A DNA stretch of 64,000 bases from Paenacidovorax caeni (GCA_943371385.1 CALRUP020000005.1:1365-65364); one strand, 5' to 3'. Numbered from the stretch's first letter, positions 9,822 to 19,215 are shown. Notes: generated by a model from the letters alone, not told the origin. Made by a program: numbers and translations.

Positions 9822-10309
9822 GGCTGCGGGATGGTGGGGTTGGCGTTGTGGCTGGCGCGGGCGTAGGCGATGGCGTCGGCGCCGTGGCGGTGCTGGCTGA
9901 ACCAGTCGTTGATGTCCATCAGCCACTGGAGCCGCTGCAGGCGGAGATGGCCGCCGCTGCGGAAGGACCCAAGCGCCTTGGTGGCCACCTGGCGGTGGCT
10001 GGCCCGGTGGCCGCCGCAGAGGGCACTCCACTGGCTCAGCCAGCGCTCCTCGAGCCGCAGGTGCAAGCCCAGCAGGCGCAGCAGGGTGGAGCAGGCGGCC
10101 CACTCCGCCTGCTCCTCGGAGGCGTCCAGCTCGGAGCGGCCATCGCAGTGGGTCTCGATCTGGTGCGTGAGAGCCGCTTCAAGCCGATCGTGCTGGCGCT
10201 CCAGCAGGAGCTGCTGCTCACTCCATGAGCGGGGCCAGCGGGACCCATCCGGCCCGCCTTTGACTGGCCTGGCCTTGGGCGGCCCAACCACCTCGAGAAC
10301 AGCAGCCAT
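9818..10309 (-). CDS. Single-domain hemerythrin-like protein
   Basis: Ligand spacing H...HxxxEE (HLRLEE)...HxxxH (HRASH)...W.xxHxxxxDxxY (WFSQHRHGADAIAY). ATGA-coupled to acsF. Confidence 0.7.
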   Translation of the reverse strand: MAAVLEVVGPPKARPVKGGPDGSRWPRSWSEQQLLLERQHDRLEAALTHQIETHCDGRSELDASEEQAEWAACSTLLRLLGLHLRLEERWLSQWSALCGGHRASHRQVATKALGSFRSGGHLRLQRLQWLMDINDWFSQHRHGADAIAYARASHNANPTIPQP

Positions 10310-10313
10310 CGAT

Positions 10314-10333
10314 CAACGACATAACGACATCGT
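10314..10333. promoter_or_regulatory. Putative operator CAACGnnATAACnnnATCGT upstream of hemerythrin-acsF
   Basis: 15 of 20 positions identical to 6622-6641 upstream of the heme oxygenase. Confidence 0.4.
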
Positions 10334-10580
10334 GATACTACTGGCTCAGGGTCCTGGGGCCTTGTGGCTTCACAGGTTCGACCTGGTCGCTCTGGCTGGG
10401 ACGCCAAGCAACCCCTGCGGCAGTGGTCCTTCCGCGCCAGGAGCCCATGCCGACAGCGTGATACCGCACCCCCGTCACAGCTCAGCCGCGCGCAGGGCCC
10501 TCGGCTTAGATTCAGGCTCCACGGGTCGCCTCGCCAGCCCGATGGCGCCCACCACCCCACCCCCCTGATCGACCCGCACC

Positions 10581-10886
10581 ATGGAGGCGCTCGCCGACTA
10601 CTTCAAGGTGTTCTCCGAGCCGAACCGGCTGGCGGTGCTCGAGGCCCTGCGCGGCGGTGCGATCAACGTCACCGCCGTCGTGGAACGCACGGGCCTCAGC
10701 CAGGCGCTGGTCTCCAAGCACCTGAAGCTGCTCACCATCGCCGGGGTGGTGCGGCGTAGGCCCGAAGGAAGCCTGGTGTACTACGAAGTGATCGACAAGG
10801 GGGTGTTCAAACTGATGCAACAGGCCGAGAAATTGCTGCTGGCCTCCCGCCGCCAGAAGATCAAGGCCCTGGCCGCTTCGATCTAG
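10581..10886 (+). CDS. ArsR/SmtB-family transcriptional regulator (no Cys)
   Basis: FSEPNRLAVL, GLSQALVSKHLKLL and VRRRPEGSLVYY winged HTH. Confidence 0.88.
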   Translation: MEALADYFKVFSEPNRLAVLEALRGGAINVTAVVERTGLSQALVSKHLKLLTIAGVVRRRPEGSLVYYEVIDKGVFKLMQQAEKLLLASRRQKIKALAASI

Positions 10887-11522
10887 ATGACACCCTCCAC
10901 GATCGAAGCGCTGCGCGAAGCGCTCGCGGCCGGGCAACGGGCCTTCCCGGGCCTGCAGCTGAACGACGTTGATGGCGGTGAGCTGGATCTTTCCCACTGC
11001 GATCTCAGCGGTGGCTGCTTCAAGGAATCCCGCTTCGGCCACACCAACCTCAGTGGCGCGAACGTCTGTGGCGCCAGCTTCCAGCAGGCCCTGATCTGGG
11101 GCGCTGATCTCTCGAACCTGCGGGCAGCGAGCTCCTCCTGGCACGAAGCCGACCTTTCCGGCTCCCGCCTGCAGGGGGCCGATTTCGAGCGGGCCCTGCT
11201 GCACCGTTGCTGCCTGCGGGGGGTGGTGGCGGCCGGCAGCCGCTGGCGCGACAGCCGCCTGGTGGAGGCCGATTTCCGCTCAGGACTCGATCAGCACACC
11301 GACCTGGGGGGAGCGGATTTCCGCGGCGCTGATCTCAGCTTCGCCAGCCTGGAGGGGGCTCAGCTGAGGGCGGCAGTGTTTCAGGGGGCGTGCCTGTATG
11401 GCTCCAACCTGCGCGATACCGACCTGCGCGATGCCGACCTCAGGGGGTGCGATCTGCGCGACACCCAGCTCGGTGGTGCCCAGCTGGAGGGGGCCCAACT
11501 GGAGGGCGCCCTGCTGAGTTAG
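10887..11522 (+). CDS. Pentapeptide-repeat protein
   Basis: Tandem A(D/N)LxG repeats. Start abuts the ArsR stop (TAGATG). Confidence 0.88.
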   Translation: MTPSTIEALREALAAGQRAFPGLQLNDVDGGELDLSHCDLSGGCFKESRFGHTNLSGANVCGASFQQALIWGADLSNLRAASSSWHEADLSGSRLQGADFERALLHRCCLRGVVAAGSRWRDSRLVEADFRSGLDQHTDLGGADFRGADLSFASLEGAQLRAAVFQGACLYGSNLRDTDLRDADLRGCDLRDTQLGGAQLEGAQLEGALLS

Positions 11523-11605
11523 CTCGACTTGTGGGCTCCGGGCTGCCTGGCGGCCCTGCCAATCGACCCCCAGCCCGCCTCAACCAGGGTGCTGGGTGCG
11601 GCGGC

Positions 11606-12088
11606 TCAACCAAGCAGCTGCTTGCGCAACTTGCGGATCCGCACCAGCAACTCAGCCCGGTTGCGCTGGCGCAGGGCATGGCGGGCCAGGAACCCCAGCA
11701 CGCTCACCACCCCCACCAACTCCAGCAGTCCCCCCACCAGGGGGATCCCATCGATGGCCGAAAGGGTGGCCCCGGTGATTCGCAGCACCAGCACCGCCAC
11801 CACCGCCAGCGCCAGCACCTGCAGCACCGGCACAACATCACGCAGGGAGCTCAGCTGGAGCGCGCTGATCTGACGCAGGAGCTCCCGCACCAGCGGGTAG
11901 GGCAGCCCCGCCCCAGGGGCTGGGGCCGACCCCGCCGCTGGGGGCTCAGAGGGAACCTCCACCGCCGCCGAGACGGGCACCAGGGGACCCGCCTCCGCGA
12001 TGGGAATCGAGAGCTTCAAGCGCTCGGGAGCCTGGGCATCGCCAGGCTCCCAGCCTGGGGGGGAAGGATCGGAGAAGGGCTGCACCAC
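11606..12088 (-). CDS. CAAD-domain (CurT/CURT1-like) membrane protein
   Basis: AIDGIPLVGGLLELVG...R..L...R.EL motif after a Pro-rich N-terminus. Confidence 0.75.
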   Translation of the reverse strand: MVQPFSDPSPPGWEPGDAQAPERLKLSIPIAEAGPLVPVSAAVEVPSEPPAAGSAPAPGAGLPYPLVRELLRQISALQLSSLRDVVPVLQVLALAVVAVLVLRITGATLSAIDGIPLVGGLLELVGVVSVLGFLARHALRQRNRAELLVRIRKLRKQLLG

Positions 12089-12093
12089 GGGCT

Positions 12094-13074
12094 TCAGACG
12101 GCCGCCAGGCCCTTCTCGTTGAACACCCCTTCGAACAGCACCGAGGAGAGATAGCGTTCGCCGGAATCCGGCAGCACCACCACGATCGTCTTGCCGGCGT
12201 AGGCGGGTTCGTTGGCCAGGCGCACCGCCGCCACCGTGGCCGCACCGCAGGAGATGCCAGCCAGAATGCCCTCCTCACGGGCGAGGCGCCGGGCCATGGC
12301 CACGGCGTCCTCGTCGCTCACCTGCTCGATCCGGTCCACCAGATCGAGCTCGAGGTTGTCCGGCACGAAACCGGCTCCGATGCCCTGGATCTTGTGGGGT
12401 CCGGGCTTGATCGGCTCCCCCGCCTTGGTCTGGCTGATCACCGGGCTGTTGAGCGGCTCGACAGCCACCGACACCAGGGGCTTGCCCAGGGTCTGCTTGA
12501 TATAGCGGCTGACACCGGTGATGGTGCCGCCGGTGCCCACCCCCGAGACGAACACGTCGACGACGCCATCGGTCTGCTCCCAGATTTCCGGGCCGGTGGT
12601 GTCGTGGTGCACCTGGGGGTTGGCGGGATTGGCGAACTGCTGCAGCAGCACGTAGCGATCGGGATCGGAGGCGGCGATGGCCTGGGCCCGGGAGACCGCA
12701 CCGCTCATCCCCAGGCGGCCTTCTGTGAGCTCCAAGTGGGCCCCGTAGGCGGTGAGCAGCTTGCGCCGTTCGAGGCTCATCGTCTCCGGCATCGTCAAGG
12801 TGAGCCGGATGCCGCGGGAGGCCGCAACGAAGGCCAGGGCAATGCCGGTGTTGCCGCTGGTGGGCTCGATCAGTTCCTTTCCGGGACCCAGCAGGCCGTC
12901 TCGCTCCGCCTGCCAGATCATCGCCGCCCCGATCCGGCACTTGACCGAATAGGCGGGGTTGCGGCCCTCGATCTTGGCCAGAACCCGCGCCTGGGCATCA
13001 CCGACGACGCGGTTGAGCTGCACCAGGGGGGTGTGGCCGATGCTCAGGCTGTTGTCAGCGAAGACGGCGCCCAT
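12094..13074 (-). CDS. cysK: Cysteine synthase A
   Basis: PLP lysine motif [33 protein letters not shown] and DSGERYLS. Confidence 0.95.
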   Translation of the reverse strand: MGAVFADNSLSIGHTPLVQLNRVVGDAQARVLAKIEGRNPAYSVKCRIGAAMIWQAERDGLLGPGKELIEPTSGNTGIALAFVAASRGIRLTLTMPETMSLERRKLLTAYGAHLELTEGRLGMSGAVSRAQAIAASDPDRYVLLQQFANPANPQVHHDTTGPEIWEQTDGVVDVFVSGVGTGGTITGVSRYIKQTLGKPLVSVAVEPLNSPVISQTKAGEPIKPGPHKIQGIGAGFVPDNLELDLVDRIEQVSDEDAVAMARRLAREEGILAGISCGAATVAAVRLANEPAYAGKTIVVVLPDSGERYLSSVLFEGVFNEKGLAAV

Positions 13075-13217
13075 CGAAAGGTCTGGGTAGGTGAGCGCAC
13101 CCTAAGGGAGCCTTCCGATTCGGGCCAAAGCCGGTTGTCAAGTCCTTCAGACACCACCTTCAGGCCTTGCAGAGCCGTACATTTCAGCGATTACGGTCCC
13201 GCAAGGAGTCGTCAGCG

Positions 13218-13739
13218 ATGGGCCTCACCGCACTTCAGCACGGTGGTCCGGCGGTCCTGCCGCTGCTGTTGTTGTCGGTCGTGGTCGTGGCCATCGGCGT
13301 CGATCGGGCCCGCTACTGGCGGGCTCAGGGCCTCGGCTCCTCCCGGGGCGAACGGCTGCTGGCGGAGGCCCTCCAGGGCAGCGCGGACCCTGGACAGTCA
13401 AAGCTGCGTCAGGAGCTGCTGCTGCGACAACTGGAACGCCAGGGAGCCAGTGGCGAGGCGGTGCTGGAAGCCGCCGCCGTGATCGGCCCCCTGCTGGGCC
13501 TGATCGGTACCGTCGCCGGGCTGATCCGGGCCCTGGCGGACCTGGGCCCCCAGCTGGTGCTGCCCAGCGGCGGCGCCAGCCTGACCAGCTATTCCCAGGT
13601 GCTGGTGAGCACTCTGCTCGGTCTGGTGGTGGCCTTGATCGCCACCGTGGTGCTGCGCACCAACCGGGGCCTGCGCCTGCGGCAGCGGCAGCAGCTCGAA
13701 ACCGCGGGCTTGCGTCTCGCCCTGGAGGCTCAGCCATGA
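13218..13739 (+). CDS. MotA/TolQ/ExbB proton-channel protein
   Basis: Three TM segments with IGPLLGLIGTV and STLLGLVVAL. RBS AGGAG upstream. Confidence 0.82.
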   Translation: MGLTALQHGGPAVLPLLLLSVVVVAIGVDRARYWRAQGLGSSRGERLLAEALQGSADPGQSKLRQELLLRQLERQGASGEAVLEAAAVIGPLLGLIGTVAGLIRALADLGPQLVLPSGGASLTSYSQVLVSTLLGLVVALIATVVLRTNRGLRLRQRQQLETAGLRLALEAQP

Positions 13740-14089
13740 CGCCGCCGCTGTTCGCTCTCACTGGCCTCACCCTGGTGCTGCTGAGCGCTGTGGCGACGGT
13801 GCCGGAGCTGCTGCGGGTGAACGACCCCCGGGTCATCCTGCCTCCAGCCCAGGAGAGCCGTCCCCCCTGGGTGGTGGTGCGCTCCGGGACAGGCAGCTGG
13901 TTCCTCAATGGATCTCCGATCCAGGCTGTGGCCTTGATGTCCCACTTGAAAGCCGCTCCACCGGGGGGAACGGTGCGCTTCCTGGCCTCCTCGGCCCTGG
14001 CCACTCGCGAGGTGAGCCGCTCCCTGGCCTGGCTGCGCCGGCAAAGCCGCCAGCCGGTGCTGCTGGAGCTCGCCCACAACCCGCGATGA
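13736..14089 (+). CDS. Degenerate ExbD/TolR-like protein 1
   Basis: N-terminal TM, LNG..I and TVRFLAS. ATGA-coupled to exbB. Confidence 0.5.
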   Translation: MTPPLFALTGLTLVLLSAVATVPELLRVNDPRVILPPAQESRPPWVVVRSGTGSWFLNGSPIQAVALMSHLKAAPPGGTVRFLASSALATREVSRSLAWLRRQSRQPVLLELAHNPR

Positions 14090-14478
14090 GCCCGTTCAGC
14101 CCCTCGATGAGAAGCGCCACGGGCGCTGCCGGGAGCCTCGATGGCCTCGCCTACGGAGCCCTCTCCACCGCCCTGGCCCTTTTGACAGTCGGGCTCCTGG
14201 TGGTGCCCCAGCTCCTCGCCCAGCGCCCCGCCCACAGGGGGGTGGTGGCGCTGCACCTGGCCGCCGACGGCGGCCTGCGGCTCTGGAACCGCCCGATCAA
14301 CCCCCAACAGCTGCCCCAGGTGCTGCGGGATGCTGGTCGGATCAATCCACAGGCCCGGATCCGGCTGATCCCTGACCCCGCCACCCCCTGGGGCGTGGTG
14401 CAGTCCGTTCTTCCCATGCTCGAACTCGGTGTCCTTCCTTTCGAAGTTCAACTTCCCGGATCCCCGGCCCAACCTTGA
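14086..14478 (+). CDS. ExbD/TolR-like protein 2
   Basis: Single TM followed by IRLIPDPATPWGVVQSVL, similar to ExbD I.AD...YG.V..V. ATGA-coupled. Confidence 0.6.
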   Translation: MSPFSPSMRSATGAAGSLDGLAYGALSTALALLTVGLLVVPQLLAQRPAHRGVVALHLAADGGLRLWNRPINPQQLPQVLRDAGRINPQARIRLIPDPATPWGVVQSVLPMLELGVLPFEVQLPGSPAQP

Positions 14479-14539
14479 GCGCCCGGCTCCAGGTTGGTTG
14501 GCGGTTCGGCCCAGGGCGTCCAAGCTCCCGGCGGCGCTG

Positions 14540-15340
14540 ATGACGCGCTGGCCCTTGCCCTGGCGCGCCCTGGCCCTGCCCGTGGGGGTCGCCGTGGCCT
14601 TGCATGCCCTGTGGCTGGCGGGGGCCAGCCTGGTGGAGTCCAGGCGCCCGGCACCGGCGGCGCTCACCAGCGGCGACGACACCCCCGAACTGCTGCGCTT
14701 CAGCCGCCGGGCCAGCTCTGCGTCGGGGCCGCTGTCGGGCAAGGGTCAAGCTCCGAACCTGAGCCTGGTTCCTCTGCCCCTGGACAGCACCCTGCCGCCT
14801 CCACCCCCCGACCTGGCCTTCACAGGTCGGGGGCTGATACCCCCTGGCGCCAAGCCCGCGAGCGGCGGAGCCACGGTCCCTTCCCCCAACTCGCCCAAAG
14901 GAGTGCTTGCGCCCACGGCGCCGCCACCCCTGCGCCTGGGGGAGCTGGTGCCGGCTGAGCGGGCTTCCCTGGAGGGACTACCCGGCGATCCGCTGGTGGC
15001 CTTCAAGCTCGCCGCGGCCCTCAGCGCCCGTCCTGACGGCGCGGCCGACTCCCCTGGCCCTGACAAAGCCGCCGAAGCCATCGCCCGTCGCCATCTCAAG
15101 CTGAGCGCTGGTGGCGAGAAACCCTTCCTGCTGCTCTGGAAACAGGGGCAACCCCTGGCGCCACGCCCGGCCGCCTTAACGGATCTACCCGAAGGGGTGG
15201 AGCTGCGCAGCCTGCCCCTGGCCGCCTTGCGCCGGCAGGGTCTCAGCCAACCCCACGGCCTCTCGATCAGCTATGGAACAACTCTGCTGCTGCTGTGGGT
15301 GGATGGCGACGAGCTCTGGCTGATCCAGCAAAGAGCCTGA
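14540..15340 (+). CDS. TonB/TolA-like Pro-rich membrane-anchored protein
   Basis: N-terminal anchor VAVALHALWL with the TonB-type His, then a long Pro-rich linker. C-terminal domain not recognised. Confidence 0.45.
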   Translation: MTRWPLPWRALALPVGVAVALHALWLAGASLVESRRPAPAALTSGDDTPELLRFSRRASSASGPLSGKGQAPNLSLVPLPLDSTLPPPPPDLAFTGRGLIPPGAKPASGGATVPSPNSPKGVLAPTAPPPLRLGELVPAERASLEGLPGDPLVAFKLAAALSARPDGAADSPGPDKAAEAIARRHLKLSAGGEKPFLLLWKQGQPLAPRPAALTDLPEGVELRSLPLAALRRQGLSQPHGLSISYGTTLLLLWVDGDELWLIQQRA

Positions 15341-15392
15341 AGATTCCCCAACCTCTTTAGGTTGCAGAGACCAGCTTGAACAGGCGAAGACG

Positions 15393-16511
15393 ATGCAGGC
15401 GGGCGCCCAATGGGGACTCGATCCGATGGGCGTCTCCCTGCTGGTGCGCTGGCTGATCGGCTGGGCCTTGATGGCGCGCCCTCCCGGCCTGCCGGACCTT
15501 CCGGTGCAGGGCACCCCGAGGCTCTCGGTGCTGATCCCGGCCCGCGATGAGGAGCGCACCCTGCCCCACCTGCTGGAGGCCCTGAAACGGCAGAGCCTGA
15601 AGCCGGATGAAATTCTGATCATCGACGACCAATCCAGCGACGGCACCGCCGCCATCGCCCAATCAGGCGGGGCCAAGGTGGTGAGGACCCCGGAACTGCC
15701 CCGGGGCTGGACCGGCAAGAACTGGGCCCTGCATACGGGGGTGCAGCAGGCTTCCGGCGAGATTCTGGTGTTTCTCGACGCCGACACCGAGCCCGAACCG
15801 GAGTTGCTGCGGCGTCTGGTGGCCGCGGTGCAGCAGAGCGGCGGTCTGGTGTCGGTGCAGCCGTACCACCGCACCGAACGGGCCTACGAGCGGCTCTCGA
15901 TCCTGTTCAACCTGCTCGGGGTGATGGCGGTCAGGCTGGGTCGCGGAGGCGGGGTGGCCTTTGGCCCGGCGATGGCCACCAGCCGAAACGACTACGAGCG
16001 GGCCGGGGGCCATGCGGCTGTGGCTGGCCATGTGGTCGAAGACTGGTTCATGGCCCACGCCTACCAGTCGGCGGGGCTCACCACCAGCGCCTACATCGGC
16101 TGGCAGCAGCTGAACTACCGCATGTACCCGGGGGGGCTCAAGGACCTGATCCATGGCTTCGACAAGAACTTCGCCGCCGCGGCCGGGGAGGTGTCCTGGC
16201 TGCGGATGCTGGCGGTGGTGCTGTGGCTTTCGGCCCTGTTCTGGGCGGCCTGGTGTCTGCCGGCCAGCCTGCTGGGCCTGCCGGTGATGGGAAACCCATC
16301 GCTTGCCGCCAGCGCCCTGCTCTATCTCGCCTTTGCCCTGCAGCTCACGCTGCTGGTGCGCCCGGTGGGCAACTTCGGCCTGGCCGGACTGCTGTTCCCC
16401 CTGCCGGTGCTGTTCTTTCTGGTCGTGTTCGTGCAGGCGATCCTCAACCTCAAGCGGGGCCGGATCGAATGGAAAGGCCGCCGGGTGGACACCCACATGG
16501 AGCAGCGCTGA
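15393..16511 (+). CDS. GT2 glycosyltransferase, CrtQ/CruC/HpnB-like
   Basis: SVLIPARDEE, DDQSSDGT, GWTGKNWA, FLDAD, VVEDW, RMY and C-terminal TM helices. Confidence 0.8.
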   Translation: MQAGAQWGLDPMGVSLLVRWLIGWALMARPPGLPDLPVQGTPRLSVLIPARDEERTLPHLLEALKRQSLKPDEILIIDDQSSDGTAAIAQSGGAKVVRTPELPRGWTGKNWALHTGVQQASGEILVFLDADTEPEPELLRRLVAAVQQSGGLVSVQPYHRTERAYERLSILFNLLGVMAVRLGRGGGVAFGPAMATSRNDYERAGGHAAVAGHVVEDWFMAHAYQSAGLTTSAYIGWQQLNYRMYPGGLKDLIHGFDKNFAAAAGEVSWLRMLAVVLWLSALFWAAWCLPASLLGLPVMGNPSLAASALLYLAFALQLTLLVRPVGNFGLAGLLFPLPVLFFLVVFVQAILNLKRGRIEWKGRRVDTHMEQR

Positions 16512-16520
16512 GGACCGGTC

Positions 16521-17051
16521 ATGGTGGAATCAGTCATCGAGCTGCCGGCGCTGGAGCTCTCGGATGGGGCGATCGCCACCAGCTGCGCCCTGGGCTGGCT
16601 GGCCTGGTCGCTGCTGATCGGCTACGGCGCCCAGCGCCTCGACCCGCACTGGCTGGCCGGCCTCACGGCACTCGATGGCCCCCTCCCCTGGATCGACGAC
16701 CCCCAGTGGTGCCAGCGCGTCCTGGGGATCCGCCGCTGGAAGGATCACCTGCCTGAGGCCGGCGCCTTCTTCCCGGGCGGTCGAAGCAAACGCTCCCTCA
16801 CCGGGGGCGAGGGCCCTGGAACCGCGGCGGAGCAGCAGTTCCAGCTGGAGCGCTTCGTGGCCGAAACCCGCCGGGCGGAGCTGGTGCACCTGGCCCTGCT
16901 GCCCTTTGCCCTGGTCACAGCCCTGTGGTGCCCGCCCTGGGCCGTGGCCGTCAATCTGGCCTTCGCCGCCCTCTTCAACCTGCCCTGCCTGCTGGTGCAG
17001 CGCTTCAACCGCCGCCGGCTGCTGCGTCTGCTGGGTCGCCTCAAGGCCTGA
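16521..17051 (+). CDS. Carotenoid-glycoside acyltransferase-like protein (CrtO/CruD family)
   Basis: GIRRWKDHLP, ETRRAELVH and NLPCLLVQRFNR.R.L motifs typical of the CrtO family. Confidence 0.7.
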   Translation: MVESVIELPALELSDGAIATSCALGWLAWSLLIGYGAQRLDPHWLAGLTALDGPLPWIDDPQWCQRVLGIRRWKDHLPEAGAFFPGGRSKRSLTGGEGPGTAAEQQFQLERFVAETRRAELVHLALLPFALVTALWCPPWAVAVNLAFAALFNLPCLLVQRFNRRRLLRLLGRLKA

Positions 17052-17064
17052 GCGCCTCAAGCGC

Positions 17065-18579
17065 TCAGAGCACCCGTTTGAGGTGCTCCGCCAGCCGCAG
17101 GGCCAAGGCGATCACGGTGAGCCCCGGGCCCACACTGGAGCAGTTCGGGAACACGCTGGCATCGGCCACGTAGAGGTTCGTCAATTGATGGCTCCTGCCG
17201 TGCAGATCCACCACGGAGGTGGTGGGATCACGGCCCATGCGGGCGGTGCCGCAGGCGAAGCCCAGCACCGCCAGCGGCGATTCCCCGCGGGGATGGAGCG
17301 GAAAAGCCCGTACCACCGTGGTGGCGGGGTCGGCCTCGAGATCCTTGATCGTTGACAGCCAGCGGTAGACGAGGCGGTCATGGGCCTCCCGGTTGTTGGG
17401 GGTGTAGGTGATCTGCACGCCTTCGCCCCGCAGGCTCACCCGGTTGGCGGGATCGGGCCGCACGCCGCTGCTGGCCCACCAGCTCACCGTGCGCACCGCC
17501 AGCTGCTCCAACAGGGCCTTGGGCAACAGCCGCGTGACCAAGGAGAGCAGGGGCGGTGATTCGGCGAACAGGGGGTCCTGGAGCACGCCGCCACCGTTGC
17601 GGATCTGCCCCAAGGGCACGGACACGTTCTTGTCGCCCCAGTAGTAGTCGTTGATGGCCAGCCCGCAGCCGTAGCGGCCGGAATCGGGCCGGGTCGCCAA
17701 CTGCAGAATCGAGGAAAGCTGGGGTTTCATCAGGTTGCGGCCCACCTGGCCCGACCCGTTGGCCAGGCCGTCGGGATGCTGGTCGTTGCAGGAGCGCAGC
17801 AACAGGGCCGCGGTGTTGATGGCACCGGCGGCCAGGACCACCACATGGCCGTTGAACAGCCAGTTCTGGCCATCGATCTCCGCCTGCACCCCCTTCACCT
17901 CGCGGCCACTGGGGTTGACGTGCAGCCGCGTCACCCGGGCCCCCGTTCGCAGGGTCACCCGCTGGGAGCCCACGGCCCCATCCACCCCGAAACGCTCGGC
18001 GTCACCGCTGGGATCCAGCTCCGACATCGACCAGCTGATCGGCGGGTCGTAGGCGGTGACGCCGAGGCGGGCCAGGTCGGTGCGCAGGGTCTCCAGGATC
18101 GGTTCAAGCGGCCGGGGCGGATGCAGGTAATCCCCCGAGCGCGGCGGCTCGGTGGGGTCGACGCCCTGGCGCCCATGCACCCGGTAGAGCCGTTCGGCCC
18201 GGTCGTAGTGGGGGGCGAGATCGGCGTAGCTGAGCTCCCAGCCGGGGCTGGGGCCATCCAGCAGCTGCTGGGGGGCGAAGTCCTGCTCCCGCAGGCGCTC
18301 CAGCACCCCAGCCCAGATCTTGGTGTTGCCCCCGAGGGCGTAGATCATCTGGGGTGGGAAGGGATCTCCGTCGGTGCCGAACCACTGCTCGCCGGGGTGG
18401 TAGCGGGTGTTGCGGATCAGATCGACATCCCCCAGGTTCTGATCGGTCAGGGCCATGGCCCCGCCCCGCTCCAGCACGAGCACGCTCTTGCCGCTCTCGG
18501 CCAGGGCGCCCGCCAGGGTGCCGCCGCCGGCACCGGTGCCGATCACGATCAGGTCGTAGGTGTGGTCGTCGATGATCAC
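17065..18579 (-). CDS. GMC-family oxidoreductase (flavoprotein)
   Basis: IVIGTGAGGG FAD motif, GGNT, LAAGAINT, GTARMG and NLYVADASVFP. Confidence 0.9.
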   Translation of the reverse strand: MIIDDHTYDLIVIGTGAGGGTLAGALAESGKSVLVLERGGAMALTDQNLGDVDLIRNTRYHPGEQWFGTDGDPFPPQMIYALGGNTKIWAGVLERLREQDFAPQQLLDGPSPGWELSYADLAPHYDRAERLYRVHGRQGVDPTEPPRSGDYLHPPRPLEPILETLRTDLARLGVTAYDPPISWSMSELDPSGDAERFGVDGAVGSQRVTLRTGARVTRLHVNPSGREVKGVQAEIDGQNWLFNGHVVVLAAGAINTAALLLRSCNDQHPDGLANGSGQVGRNLMKPQLSSILQLATRPDSGRYGCGLAINDYYWGDKNVSVPLGQIRNGGGVLQDPLFAESPPLLSLVTRLLPKALLEQLAVRTVSWWASSGVRPDPANRVSLRGEGVQITYTPNNREAHDRLVYRWLSTIKDLEADPATTVVRAFPLHPRGESPLAVLGFACGTARMGRDPTTSVVDLHGRSHQLTNLYVADASVFPNCSSVGPGLTVIALALRLAEHLKRVL

Positions 18580-18591
18580 GGCATCACTCCC

Positions 18592-19215
18592 TCAGCGCCA
18601 GACGTAGAGAAGCAGAAACAGCGCGATCCAGATCACATCGACGAAGTGCCAGAACAGTGACGTGGCCACCACTCCCTCCTCACCCCCGTCGTAATTGCCG
18701 GGAATGAACGACCTCACCAGCATCAGGGCCATCAGCAGCACCCCCGTGGCCACGTGCAGGCCATGGAAGCCTGTCAGCAGGTAGAAGGTGCCCCCGAAGG
18801 TGCCGGAGGTGAAGCCGAAGCTGAGGGATTGCCATTCCAACGCCTGGCCCACGAGGAAGTAGACCCCCATCGCCATCGACAGCAGCCAGAGGGCGCGGAA
18901 GCCGAGGAGGGAGCCCTTGCCCTTGAACCACTCCGCGAGCGCCAGCGTGAATGAACTGGACACCAGCACCACGGTGTTCACCAGGGGGGTGCGCCACTCG
19001 AGCCCCTCCACCCCCGGCGGCAGCCAGTCGCTGGCCGAGAGCTTCAGGACGGCGTAGCCGCTGAAGAAGGCCAGAAAGATGACGCTCTCGGAGCACAGAA
19101 AGATGATGAAGCCGGTGAGCGTGTGATTGCCATGGCTGTGGGCCCCGTGGCCGCCGGGTGATGGGGCACCGCCGAGGGGGGCGTAGGTTTCGGGTGTGGC
19201 GGGAGTGGAGGTCAT
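18592..19215 (-). CDS. ctaE: Heme-copper oxidase subunit III (ARTO)
   Basis: FLCSESVIF, NTVVLVSSS, FYLLTGFHGLHV and FWHFVD.IW. Confidence 0.9.
   Translation of the reverse strand: MTSTPATPETYAPLGGAPSPGGHGAHSHGNHTLTGFIIFLCSESVIFLAFFSGYAVLKLSASDWLPPGVEGLEWRTPLVNTVVLVSSSFTLALAEWFKGKGSLLGFRALWLLSMAMGVYFLVGQALEWQSLSFGFTSGTFGGTFYLLTGFHGLHVATGVLLMALMLVRSFIPGNYDGGEEGVVATSLFWHFVDVIWIALFLLLYVWR

Noticed and set aside
10581-10886. ArsR gene as chlR
   Set aside because: ChlR is a MarR-type Fe-S protein. This is an ArsR winged helix with no Cys.
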